Source: Orbicella franksi
Taxonomy: Eukaryota
DNA: 64,000 nucleotides
NCBI GenBank assembly: GCA_964199315.1
Contig: OZ116704.1
Location: 29,078,001-29,142,000, forward strand
Direction of reading: 5' to 3'
Shown here: piece after piece, positions 36,685 to 48,143 of the stretch
Layout: every line of letters begins with the position of its first letter
How positions within the stretch are numbered: the stretch's first letter is position 1
Notes under the pieces: generated by a model
What the model was told of the DNA's origin: nothing
The model's database searches: none
The model's input: only the letters and a program-made list of their open reading frames with translations
Position numbers and translations under genes: made by a program

Positions 36685-39600
36685 TCAAGTCCTTTTCGTC
36701 TTGTCGGGTATCACTCCCTTCATTTGCAGAGACTCTTTATAGTGTGTATGTAAGTGAGTCTGTAAACTCCCTGACTGAGAGAACGCTTTAGAGCACTGCC
36801 AACATTTATAGGGTTTCTCGCCTGTGTGCGTGCGCATATGGCGTTTCAGGTCCGTAGAGCGTGCAAATGCCCTAGAACATTCTTGACACTTGTACGGTTT
36901 CTCTCCTGTGTGGTTGCGTAAATGCCTTTGAAGGTCAGTTGAACGAACGAACGCCCGCGAACATTGCGTACACTTGTAAGGACTCTCGCCTGAGGGAAAG
37001 ATAGGGAACAATTTCAAAATCACAATTAAGCGATAATGTTACTATAATGAACAACCAGGGTGCACACCTGTGGGGGGGGGGGGGGGGCTCCCATATAAAA
37101 AGGACCGGGGTGGTCGTCGGAAATTTTGAAAAGAATTCCTGAGAGGTACCACGACCGTGTTTTCTGAGCGTAGCTTGAAATTTTTTTCACCCCTAGGAGA
37201 TACCAATTCTAAAACAACACATTATCTCCAGTCTTATTTTTCTCGGCTCAACACCCTAAAAGGTACCGCCAAAGCTTCCTTTATGGACCTTTTGAGACTG
37301 AACACGCTAAGACGTACGCTTTTTTAACCCCTTAAATGTACGACAAACTCACTCGTCCTTTTGATATAGGCGTGCCCTCCCGGGGATGCAAAATGCCACA
37401 ATGGGTTTTGTTCCTTCTATGTTACATACCTGTGTGGGATCTCATGTGTCTCCTCAGATAGCAAGGGTACTGGAAAGCTTTACTGCAGTACGAGCATTTC
37501 CAAGTGCGGCCAGTTTTATCCGGACACACATACTTCACATGACGCTCCAGGTAGCTCTCGTATGCGAAAATCTTGCCGCATTTGTAACATGTATAGCTCT
37601 CATCATCTTAGGGATGAGAAAGCAAACAACATCTGGTTAAAATCAAAGGAAACGACTATAGATCATTGAGTTCGATAATTCCATCACGAGAAGTTTCGAA
37701 AACTAAACTTAGATGGAATGTTATTCGGCGAATGGCAACCTTGTGCCCGCTTTCAAGAGAATAGCCCATTTAAAGGTTTGCTTTGCTTGTTTACTTGACA
37801 AGGTAACGCAACGTGGATGCGAGGCAATTTCGGGCAGAAACGACAGAATTGCCCAAAGTTGCCTCGCATCCACGTTCGACTATTGTTATGCAAATGTCTG
37901 TTAAGTGTAGAAAGGCTAGGGATATTGAATGAAAATGACTCTGAGATAAATTTGTTGTGCGTGGGTCAAGTAAAGCTACAGATTCAAGCAACTTGAGAGA
38001 TCACCAGTGCTGCTGGTCAAGAAGAGTCAATGGATTGTATACAGCCTGTATACAGCGGATTTCGTCCAGAAATCCGATAAAAAAATTCACCATAGACCAA
38101 GGATCATCGTCCTGATGTAAAACAAAATTCTCATAACATATTAGATGTGAGAATTTTGAAGAAATGTGTTACAAAAGTAAAGAGAGTTTATATTTCCATC
38201 AAGGAAAACTTGCCGTACCTGATTCTGTTCTACTAAGCTTTTTCTCAAGATACCATCTGAACAGTTTTGTTCGCTTGTCTTCCTTCAAGTGGACACTTTC
38301 CTGAAGATATTTCGTGATCTCTGTTTGAGACACGCCGGTCTCTTCAATCAGTTCTTTTTCCAAAGCCTTGTTGTTTTCCATGAACTCTCTGATTTCACGT
38401 CCGATAATTTCTTCTTTGCCTCTGAAAAACAGTGACGTCATACATTCAGCCAATGGGCACGCGAAAACTTTGACGGTCATCAGCAAAGTCACTAAATTCT
38501 AATCTTATTGCTTCGAAAAGATAGGAACTTTTAAGCGTTACAACACAATTTTAGTTTGTTTTGTTAGCATATTTGAAGTGGTCTTTCAGTCGATTTAGAC
38601 ATTTTTCTGAGATTGATCAAAAAATGATAGAATTAAAGCCTCAATGGAGGAGTACCCATGGTTCGTTCAAGATGAAAAGAAATTGCATTGAGTTGAAACT
38701 TTTAAAATTTTGCATGGCCTATCACCTAAGTACCTTTCAGATTTAATTAGTATTCAACAGCCTTCGTCCTACCATTTGAGGCGCAACGACAATGGTCGTT
38801 TGTTGGAAAGACCAAGTGTGAAAGCCAAGAAAACATTGGGAGACAGAGCTTTCCAGGTAGCTGCTCCTTTCCTATGGAATAAGCTGCCAAGGTCCGCGCG
38901 CGAAGCAACGAACTTAGAATCTTTTAAGACTTGAATTAAGACATTTTTATTTAAGGAATCATTTCAGTTATCTTAGCATATCTATACCTTTATTTGTAAT
39001 TATCTTTTACCCATTTAATGTAAATATTTTTTATGGTTTTGATAGGAAGATTTGTAAAATTTTAGTTATTAATTATTGTTGTGATGCGCTTTTGAATATT
39101 TTATAGAAAAGGCGCAATACAAATAATAAATGTTAATGTTAATGTTAATGTTAAATGTTCTCTGTCAAACGTACATAAGCCAAACTTAGGTCAATTTTTA
39201 TAAAATGGTGTCTAATCCTGTGGAGCCAAACCAAATGTTTTGTAGCTTAGATTTAATTTTTAAAATAAAAACTGTAAGTTGAAAAATACAGATATCAAAG
39301 ATATAATCGAACCTCTCTACAACGGTCACCTTGGGGACAGAGTAAAGTGGCCGTTATAGAGAGGGGGTGTAACATTAAACACGGACCAACGAAGCGCGTT
39401 ACGGATCACGTTTGGTGGCCTTTTACATTAAAAATGGGCTTCGTATACACCGTTTCTCAGTCACTGATAAACTGGCCATTGTGAAGAGGTTATTTTGGCA
39501 GTCGGGACGCGTTTAGTGGCCGTTGTGGAGAGCTGGCCGTTGTTGAGAGGTTAAAAAGGAGACTGAATGTATGGATTGTCCGCCGAGACCAAAAACGTGA

Positions 39601-42208
39601 CGTGTAGAGAGGTGGACGTTAGTGGAGGCTCGACTCTAAAGTAAAAGCTGAAAAAAGCTTTGAATTTTATGATACTTACTGCAACATCTTTTCCAGTTCC
39701 TCTTCCAGTTTGTGAAGTCTTGATGAGTTATTTTCATTCATGGTATTAACTGATCGTCTCGCTGCTTGCTTTTTTCTTTCCTTCAGATCATCACACTTTT
39801 CCTCTGCAGTTTCCTTGTCTTCAACTTTGACTTGTTCTCGCCTTAAACTTACGAAGCTGTCGCTAACACGCCGTTTAAACTTTGATTCGTGGACTTTACG
39901 AGGCTCTCTGAAAGTATCATTGTTTAGTTCGGCTTCATGCAATTCGCTGCTGTTGGTATCCCTGTGATCTACATTAACGTTCTTTGCACAAAACTCGTAG
40001 TCCGCCCGCCGCAGGCACAGCTCCGCAAGCGTGTGCAGTCCGCGTGTGTCAAGCGCGGGAAAAACAGACGGTTGGTTCCCGCCATTAGTGACGCGGGGCA
40101 CTTGAGAGTTTGCGGCGGTTTCCAGGTTACACTGAATCGCCACGTCGCCTGAAAAAAGATTTAAAGTTTTGAAACAGTCACTCTTGAAGGCTTTAAAAAA
40201 AAATAAAAAACTTAAATTCTTACTTGTTTTCCTGTCCATGATCAATCAGGTACCATCACAGATGTTATTTAAGGAACGGCAGGGTCAAACCAAGGCAAGA
40301 TATAAGTTTTTCACAAAAGATTTGCTATTGAAAGCGTTTCTGTCACGTAAAATATCTCCAAATGCGCTTCGCTATTTTTTAGGCTTTAAAAGTTGAACGT
40401 TTCGAAGCCCGTTTGGGTTGATGCAAACTACTTTTGGCAGGTACTTCTTACAAGATCCGAGCTGTAAAATTCAGCGGTTTCTGAATTTGGTGTTCCATTA
40501 AAAGACCTGCAAGCTTCAATCCTGGCTGATTTTCTAACTGAAACCGGCTCGGAGTGGCCAAAAACAAACTTTTCCGTCGAAGCGCCACCGAGTTTGACAA
40601 GTAGTTGAATCTGTTTCCAAGAGAAGCGTTCTTATTTGAGACCTTCTTAAATGGAAAACCGCTAAGATTGGTTGTTTGTTTGTTCCTGTTGCAACAAAGT
40701 TAGCCAAATGACAACATACCGTAGTGTTATCTTACCTCAAGTTTTGCTTTTAGGGTGTCTTCACGTGGGATGACGTGATGCCATGAAATTTTACCTCGAA
40801 CATATCCAATCTAACCTTTTCCTATCGCAAATTTTTTCATTTTGTTTTCAAACGAAAAGCCAGAAGTTATAAATACTTTAAATTTCGGTATCTGGCCGTT
40901 AAGATATTCTATTGTCAAATTGCGCGTCGTAAATATATGCGAGGATAAGATTAGAAATGCTCTCTCCAACAGTAATTAACTCAACTACATAACCCGATAA
41001 TTATATTATCGATAAGAAAAAAAAAATTGTAAGAAAGATATTTTATCGGGGTTCCAGTGATCAAAGTTTTTCGCCGGCATGCGGTCACATTTCACAAGCT
41101 AACTATTACCATGGCAACCTAGACCAGAACCACTTGTTTCACATCAATCTTTTGATAGTGTAATCTCAATTACGTTATTCAATAACAGAAATCTCTCCAA
41201 CTGCTTTGTTTAGCAAAAAGCCTTTGATTTTTAGGATATAAATCTGGATGAGAAGTTAAATTATGGCTCACTACTTACAAATCAAAGTGTTTTGCAAGAC
41301 TAGGTTCGTTAACACTAAGTCCGTTTTTCCAATCCAACAGAACTTAGTTACTTCCAATCTTTTCAGCGAAATGAAAGACCATGGACTTCATTACAGCCAA
41401 AAAGTCAAAAACGACAAAATAAGCAAAGCTTAAGCTAGCATTAAACGTGTTTCTCGGAGCGTGAAGATCTTTTCTTATCCCTATATTGAAGTCCAGGGCC
41501 TAACGGGTGGTCATGTCAACATAGTTAATCAACACAAACCGGTAATGCTTGATTCTGGACTCCTGTCCGGCTCTCCTTCCTCGATAACGTCCGATAACTC
41601 TTCATTATCTGTGAAAAAATTAAACAGCATTTTATGCGGTGTAGTTCGTAGAGAAATACGACGTAAAAGCTAGTTAACCGAGCTTGACAAACTAGCGCAA
41701 AGCTAAATTATTGATATCTGGTTGTGAGTTCACTACTTTCGCATACTCGCTGACTGAAGTAATCAGCGGTAACAAAAATCTCACTGAAAAATCTGCGCCT
41801 CAAGTTAAAAAAAAACCCCAGATAATTAACTCATTTCGTTTAATAAGACAATTACTTCAAATCTATGGATTAATTTTTTTTATTTACTTGTCAGACAGGC
41901 TGCCTTAATCCTGTTGAGTGGGTCGTGCTGACCCAACGAACCGCGGACTTGCGCCACAACAGAAATTAAAGAAGTCAAGTAAAATCAAATAAAATTCAAC
42001 AAACTTGAATTTAAAAACACTTTGGCGCAAATGAGAGCTTAACTCCATACTAAGTTTAATGTTTCTAAGCTTTGAAAACGCGCTGACCTTTGGTAATGAC
42101 AAGTTTCGCGGAGTCTGGTGTGTTGAAATAACAGCACAGGTACTTACCATCATATCTCTCCTTCCTCTTGTTGCGAGAGGGTTTTTTCACAAGGAAAGAT
42201 TTTGGCAT
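36685..42208 (-). CDS. Transcription factor with N-terminal SNAG motif, HNF1-type POU-specific-like domain and five zinc fingers (427 aa)
   Basis: Six phase-consistent GT-AG exons: 42208-42148 ([20 protein letters not shown]), 41608-41540, 40148-39680, 38421-38219 ([61 protein letters not shown]), 37606-37430 (ZF1-2) and 36989-36685 (ZF3-5 with TGEKPYKC linkers). Total 1284 nt with no internal stop. Confidence 0.88.
37072..37384. mobile_element. Uninterrupted copy of the MITE that is split at 9795-12023 (opposite orientation)
   Basis: The reverse complement aligns end-to-end with the two halves flanking the Penelope element. Confidence 0.8.
38700..39155 (+). mobile_element. L2/CR1-group LINE 3' fragment
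   Basis: Encodes [11 protein letters not shown]...[19 protein letters not shown]...FKTLIKTFLF, a typical L2 ORF2 C-terminus. Followed by an AT-rich 3' UTR and a (TGTTAA)n tail. Confidence 0.85.
39302..39638. mobile_element. Tc1/mariner-like MITE
   Basis: Degenerate inverted termini TA.A.TCGAACCTC / GAGGCTCGACTCTA, with repeated internal GTGGCCGTT..AGAG motifs. Confidence 0.65.
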
Positions 42209-44949
42209 ATCACCGTGGCGTCCTCGAGTTGTCCTTCAAACTAACCCCACTACTCATCTAGCTACAAGGCAACTAAGGAGAGGAATCCCTCCTTCTTGCC
42301 TCAGATGACGTTATCAGCAGATTAGCTTTCCCTCCATTCGCGTCTCTCCTACAACTCCTAACACCGCTCCATCACTCAAACGCGTTACCGATACTGCGTT
42401 GAGCATGCGCGCGCGGTTCCCTGTTTCAAAACAAACCAGAAAAAGCGTGCGTTTCTTGCAGAGGAAAAATCTACGACGAACGGGGAGGAATTTCAAATCT
42501 AAACGCTCGCGTTGCCGTATGCAAGAGTTCTCCAAACCCTGGACAAGAAAATTCGAAGGTGGTCGAGTGTTGTTGATGTTACCCCGCTAGCTGTTTGGAG
42601 AAATTTCCGACCGCCCAACCGGGCAGATTGAATAAGTCAATAATTACGTCACGGTCAGGCGTACGGTTAGGTAATAGAGTTGAATGTCTTACGCTTAGCG
42701 TCATGCACCAAGATTAACCACTCTCTCACTTCTACTCAGCGCAAATCACTCAAACTTCTTCCCTTTTCGAGCCAGCAACGTCTATCTCAAAGCGGTCAGT
42801 GTTGTGGTTAATTCCAGCCGTCGTAGACGCAAATTTTGACCCGTGTTGGAACTTGGAGTTCCCTGGTATGACACTTGGCGTTCACCGGTCCTTGAATATC
42901 CCGCGCTTGAGCCGTTTTAGCTGTTGACACGGTCTCCAGCGGCAGGCTAGTGTCTAGCTCGCAGGTGGCCGACAGAAGTGCGTGTCAACAATGAGCAGCA
43001 CCGTGTTCAATGTGATAAGATCAGAATAAATTGAACAACACTAGCCCAGCAACTTGGGTTAAGTACATCTGTTAAGCGCTTGAATTTGGGGTCGAAAATT
43101 GTCCTTGGTCACAAGTATGTTGTGTGCAATCCTGACATTCTCGATAAGGAGAGGTTTACATATGTTTGAATGGACGAAAAACCCGTGATTTACGGTTCCT
43201 TTGAGCTGTTTACAGTGCGTCTTTCAGGCGGTAATGGGTTAAACATAGCATACAAGAATCACTGTCATGACCATCGCTGAGAGAACGCAAACTTTTAGAT
43301 ATTTTTTTCTGTCTTCAGGAAATATAAACGCGAACGTAAGAATTCAACTGGTTTTAGTTGATTTAATCAGTTGAACTTTAAGGTTTTGCATTTGACATAT
43401 ACCTACAATATACGGTGCATGTTTTTTGAAGAATCAGATCGTTAAAAAGTTCGCCAGTGTAATAACTCAATATTGATTGAGCAAGTAGGTTTAATGTCCA
43501 TTCTCTTGAATTTAAAGAAAAAAAACCCGTTTAAAAGGCTTTCAGCAACGACGTGTATCGTCTATTTTCAGTACATGATTTTAGTAACATCATTAACCTT
43601 GACATCTCAAGAGAGAGTTTGGACAACTTTTGACAATTAAAATGTCAGGGGTTAACAGGCAATAAAGCCATTAACACAAGATTTAATCAGTGAAGAACAG
43701 GCGTCATGAGATTAGCTAGCAAAATAATCGTAATTCTTTGCTTTTATATTCAGCGAAGTTTCGTAGGAAATCTGAACTTCAGACAGGCTAAGAGAAACTG
43801 AAAAAGCTCTTGTTTATCTCGAGGTTCTCATATTTGTTGTGCCTCGTAACGGTTGTAATTTTTCTAGGCAGGTCTTTTTACTGGTTGCTTATTGGATCTG
43901 AGCTCGCATCATCGCCACCAAAACAAATTACGCTTGATTCAGTTCTCCTAGTCAGTGAAATAAAATAGTTTGCTGGCTCTTTTTCGTGATCGAACTGGAA
44001 GAACGAAAATGTTGACAAAAACTTGTACATCAGTAATCAAAAATCGCGTGTTCAATTCTTGTTACGAAGAAATGGCTAGATCTTGGACTAAAAAAACAGT
44101 AACCAAAACAATTGAAATAGTTTATAAAATATGTCTAACTCCAATAAGAAAGAGAGGTTTTCTTTATCAAATCTGACCCAACACTTTTGCCTTGAATTTG
44201 CCCGCAAAATATTCATTGTTACAAATACTCATAAGCAAGCCTGCGGAAAAGCTGTGCGATCCTAGCTCCGGAAATTTGATACAAATTCTTTAGTTTTTTG
44301 ATCATAACATTCTTTTCTTTTTGGTTAGATGACCGTGTGATTTGATCAGTGAACCGTGGAAAGTGTTCAATTAATGTGAATGTTTTCGTCGATTTTGTCA
44401 GTTACACTTAAATAATCCATTATGAGATCTAACGAGTTAAGGACCGTGGTAACACGGATGGATAGGCTTGGTTTTACCTGTGTTTAACAGCTGAAGAACC
44501 ATTTCAGTAAAATTTTTAACGATTTTTGCCTCAGCAACTCGAGATTCTGGTAAATAATTTTGCAATTTACATCTCCCATGAACAATTTTGCGAAGTACTG
44601 AATGTAAAGAAGACTTAATTTGACAAAGAAGGGAGAAATACATTTATTCAACGCATGTAATCTGAATGAAAGTCTAAACTGGTCTTTCAATTTCCTTTGA
44701 CAAATTGAAAATAGTCTTCTCTATTTGACGCACGGAAAAAATCGCATCTTACTGGTACCTGCCAGGCAAATTAACTGAGCATGCGCTTCGGTGCAGCGTG
44801 CTCACAACGTTGATTTCCACACAAAAGAAAAGCGAACCGTCCCTTCTAGCGACATATGAGGAGCGGAAACTGTTTCACTCCTTTGCGCAAGTGTTAAAGA
44901 GATTTTAGAACTGATGCTGCCCAAGGAAGCGGGCCATGTTGAAGTGCAT

Positions 44950-47084
44950 ATGGCGTCTCACCGACTCTGTCTCCGGTTGTGCTTCCTTGGTTTAGTAACT
45001 TTATCTCTGTGCTCCGTTGTTTTCATAATGACAAGAGGTTAGCATTGCAGTTTATTTTCTTAATTTCTGTCCAGGTAATTCACTTTACATCGTCTAGGAA
45101 TTGGTGGGTGATCAGCGCCTTGCGTCGAAATAAAATGATCGCTTATTAGACATTCATTGAAGCGTTCAGTAAGCTACTTGAACTATTCAAAGTTTCGACT
45201 TCGCGCGTGGGACAAAGCGGGGATGTATCGTTAATCTGAGAGATAAGGAGGCGAACTTGTACGAACTTGTACGCTTTTCACCGTATAGCTCGATACAAAT
45301 GCTTTCGGACAGCGAACACATGGAGCTAGCAAGTTCGGGACGGTAAATGCACTTGCGCAAATATTGTTTATACAATACCTGTTAAACAGACAATGCGTGA
45401 AATAATTACTACCCTACTGCAGTGTTTAGGTCTGGGTTTTTTGGTGCTTAATTCTTGAACTTCAAAATCTTTTTTTCATATAGCGTCCGTTATAACAGAC
45501 ATATTGACCTGCTTGTAAGCCATGTCGCTACTTTCTCTTCGCTTCGTGTGTAAAACTATCGCTCGGTCAGGTGACCTTGATTTGGGCAACACCGCACCGA
45601 CATTCGGTCGCCGTAGTGCGATTCTAGATAAGAGAAACAGTGGTTTTGACAGTGGGGTAAGATTGTTAAGTAAGTCTACGCAATACAAAAAAAAAGTGAG
45701 GGTAAAAGTCATGAAGAATGAAAAGAACAAAATACACGCGAACACGGAAACCAATGAAAAATGTAATTTTGATTGTTTTTCATGGCATTCCGCTCAAAGC
45801 AATATTTATCATACACATATTTACCTACAAATTAAATAAAACTCAAATAATAGCTTACTGAGGAGTATGAAAACACAAAAGAGGCATTTATATACAAAGA
45901 AAAAGAGGGCTGGTTAAAATTGGGAGCAATTAAGAAGTTTTACGCAGGAACAATTTTTGAAAAATTAGGCTAATATTTTCAAGATTCTACGCTTTTTTGA
46001 GATGGCGACCACTTAGATTTAAAGTAATGAAGATACTTTGTTTCCAACAGGTTATCTGTTTATCTACATAAGTCCAGTAATTGAAATAGCTGATGAGGAC
46101 AGCATTCTAATCGATCAAAAACGCGAATTACAGAACAGTTACAACCGCGGAGGGAACAACAGCGAAAGAAATTGTAAACACGACAAGTTCGACGACATTT
46201 TACTGGTTATAGCTTTCGTTGAATTTCTTTATGACTCTATTCCTTATCTGGAGAAGCTCTACAGACATCGCTTTCCAAATATTGTTTATTGCGGACCTGT
46301 CAAACCGCCTAAGGAAGGCCAGTACAAACTTATAGTGGTCTCTATGCTTCATGGGGTTACAGCTTACGAGTGTCTGAGTACTGCAGCAAGGACACTACCA
46401 CAGTTTACGGGTTATTTATTTATGAGGAATGATCTGTTCTTGAATATTTGGAGCATTGCAAATTTTAGTCGATCACGGATATGGCAAAGCTCAGGACAGC
46501 TTGGTAGCCAGGTCATGTTTCAGCAAACGCGTGATTCCTGGATCTGGTGGTATACGCCGTGGGGACTCAAGGCCTGCGAGGAGGCTTATAAAGAGCTTAT
46601 TTACCTGAATGACGCTTACAAGCGTGCAATAATCGATAGCAAGGGACAGGAAGAAAGTTCGTGGGATGTGGAAAATTCACTGAATGCTTTGCTATGGAAT
46701 GGACGTGGTTTGAACATGTGTTATCGGGGATTCTCAAATCTATTCTACATTCCTTCACAACACGCAGTTGCATTTCAGAAACTCTCCGCCGTGTTTCAAA
46801 AGCACCAAGTCTATATGGAGATAGCGGTTCCGACCATGATAAAAATGCTCGAATTGTCCGAAAAAACCGAGCAAGTGACAGGGGTGGACATCGGTTCGCT
46901 TTATGGAGAAGAGCGAGCTCAGAAGGACGCTAGCTTGTTTTGGCGGCATTTTTCACCGAACACTAGCTATATAAGGCCTGTTGTTCTAACTCGTAATTAC
47001 TCTGTTGACTCAAAGCCAAACGGGGTGGTAGAGGTTTTGTTAAAATGGTTAAATCACATTGACTGTTCAGAAGGGCTGTCATAG
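44950..47084 (+). CDS. STELLO/DUF288-like putative glycosyltransferase, type II membrane protein (373 aa)
   Basis: Exon 1 44950-45037 (MASHRLCLRLCFLGLVTLSLCSVVFIMTR, TM, phase 1) joins exon 2 46051-47084. ILLVIAF...LEKLYRHRFPNIVYCGP, GYLFMRNDLFLNIW, LFYIP and MEIAVPTMI resemble the C-terminal half of STELLO-type proteins. Confidence 0.75.
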
Positions 47085-48143
47085 CTCACCGAACTAAGAC
47101 TTCGTTACGTGAGCGAATGACCATATATGGTTTGCGCTGTGGTTTAGAAAGTCTCGTCGCGCAAGAAATGTTGAGAAGACAGACGCGCAGGTATAACGTT
47201 TCCCGCCAAAATTTGACTGTCATCCCGACTGTTTAGAGGGGCGTCATAGCACACCGAACTTGGAAAGTCCTGGAGCAAGGAAAGCTGGGAAGACATACGC
47301 GCGGTTAAGTTTCCCGCCATAATTTGACTGAGCTACAGTCGTCGTCGTTTCTTCATATTTCCTTGGCACATGCGTTGGTCGGCAACCGAACCTGCCACAT
47401 TGTCGCAACTTGAATTCAACTCACGCGACAACTCATTCAAAGTACTCTTCAGTTGACATTTTGAAAATTCGTTAATCAACATTCAAAACCTTTGCGATCG
47501 AGTCAACTGGTAACTGACTCTGAACCAAGGGTGGGCAGCCTTACAGTCATAACCCAGTCACTGTTATATTTAACGTAAAATATACACGAAAAATGATTTA
47601 TTAACCGAGTTAATTGTTGTGTAGGCGTGCGCTCACAGGTTGATCATTAAGTGATTCAAGTTTGACCCCGAGGGTTTTTTTTGTGCAGATAGTTGGCGAT
47701 AGACCAGGTCTCAATTCTACTATCAAAGTTGATAGGCAGACTCCCAATAACAACCGAACACCCGAGGGAGCACTATCGAGAGCCGAGCGAGAATGAATCA
47801 ACTTTTAAACATAGAACAGTGATGAACCTGATTTATTGACGTTTTGATTGGTACGTGATTACAAAGGAGCTACGTCACGGTTTGCGCATCTTAGAAAAGT
47901 TGAGCAAAAATTTTCCAAGTTCCTCCTTTGTAATCCGTGTTAATCTTCTCCATCATTAACCATCTTTGTTTCTTTATGGTTTATTATTATCTCTTTGGTG
48001 TTTTTCTATCTGAAAATACCTTGACTGAGCTCCTTTAAGAAATAGCGCTCACACTCCCAAAGACTTGTGTCGATCGAAAGTCGATGCCTGATTAGCTAAA
48101 TAGATCGAGAGTTTGCCACATGATCAATAGACTGGTGACTAGT

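Noticed and set aside
38073-38125. DDDPWSM micro-exon candidate resembling HNF1 EDPW
   Set aside because: Its phase is incompatible with the flanking exons and it lies downstream of the complete POU-specific exon, so it is treated as chance.
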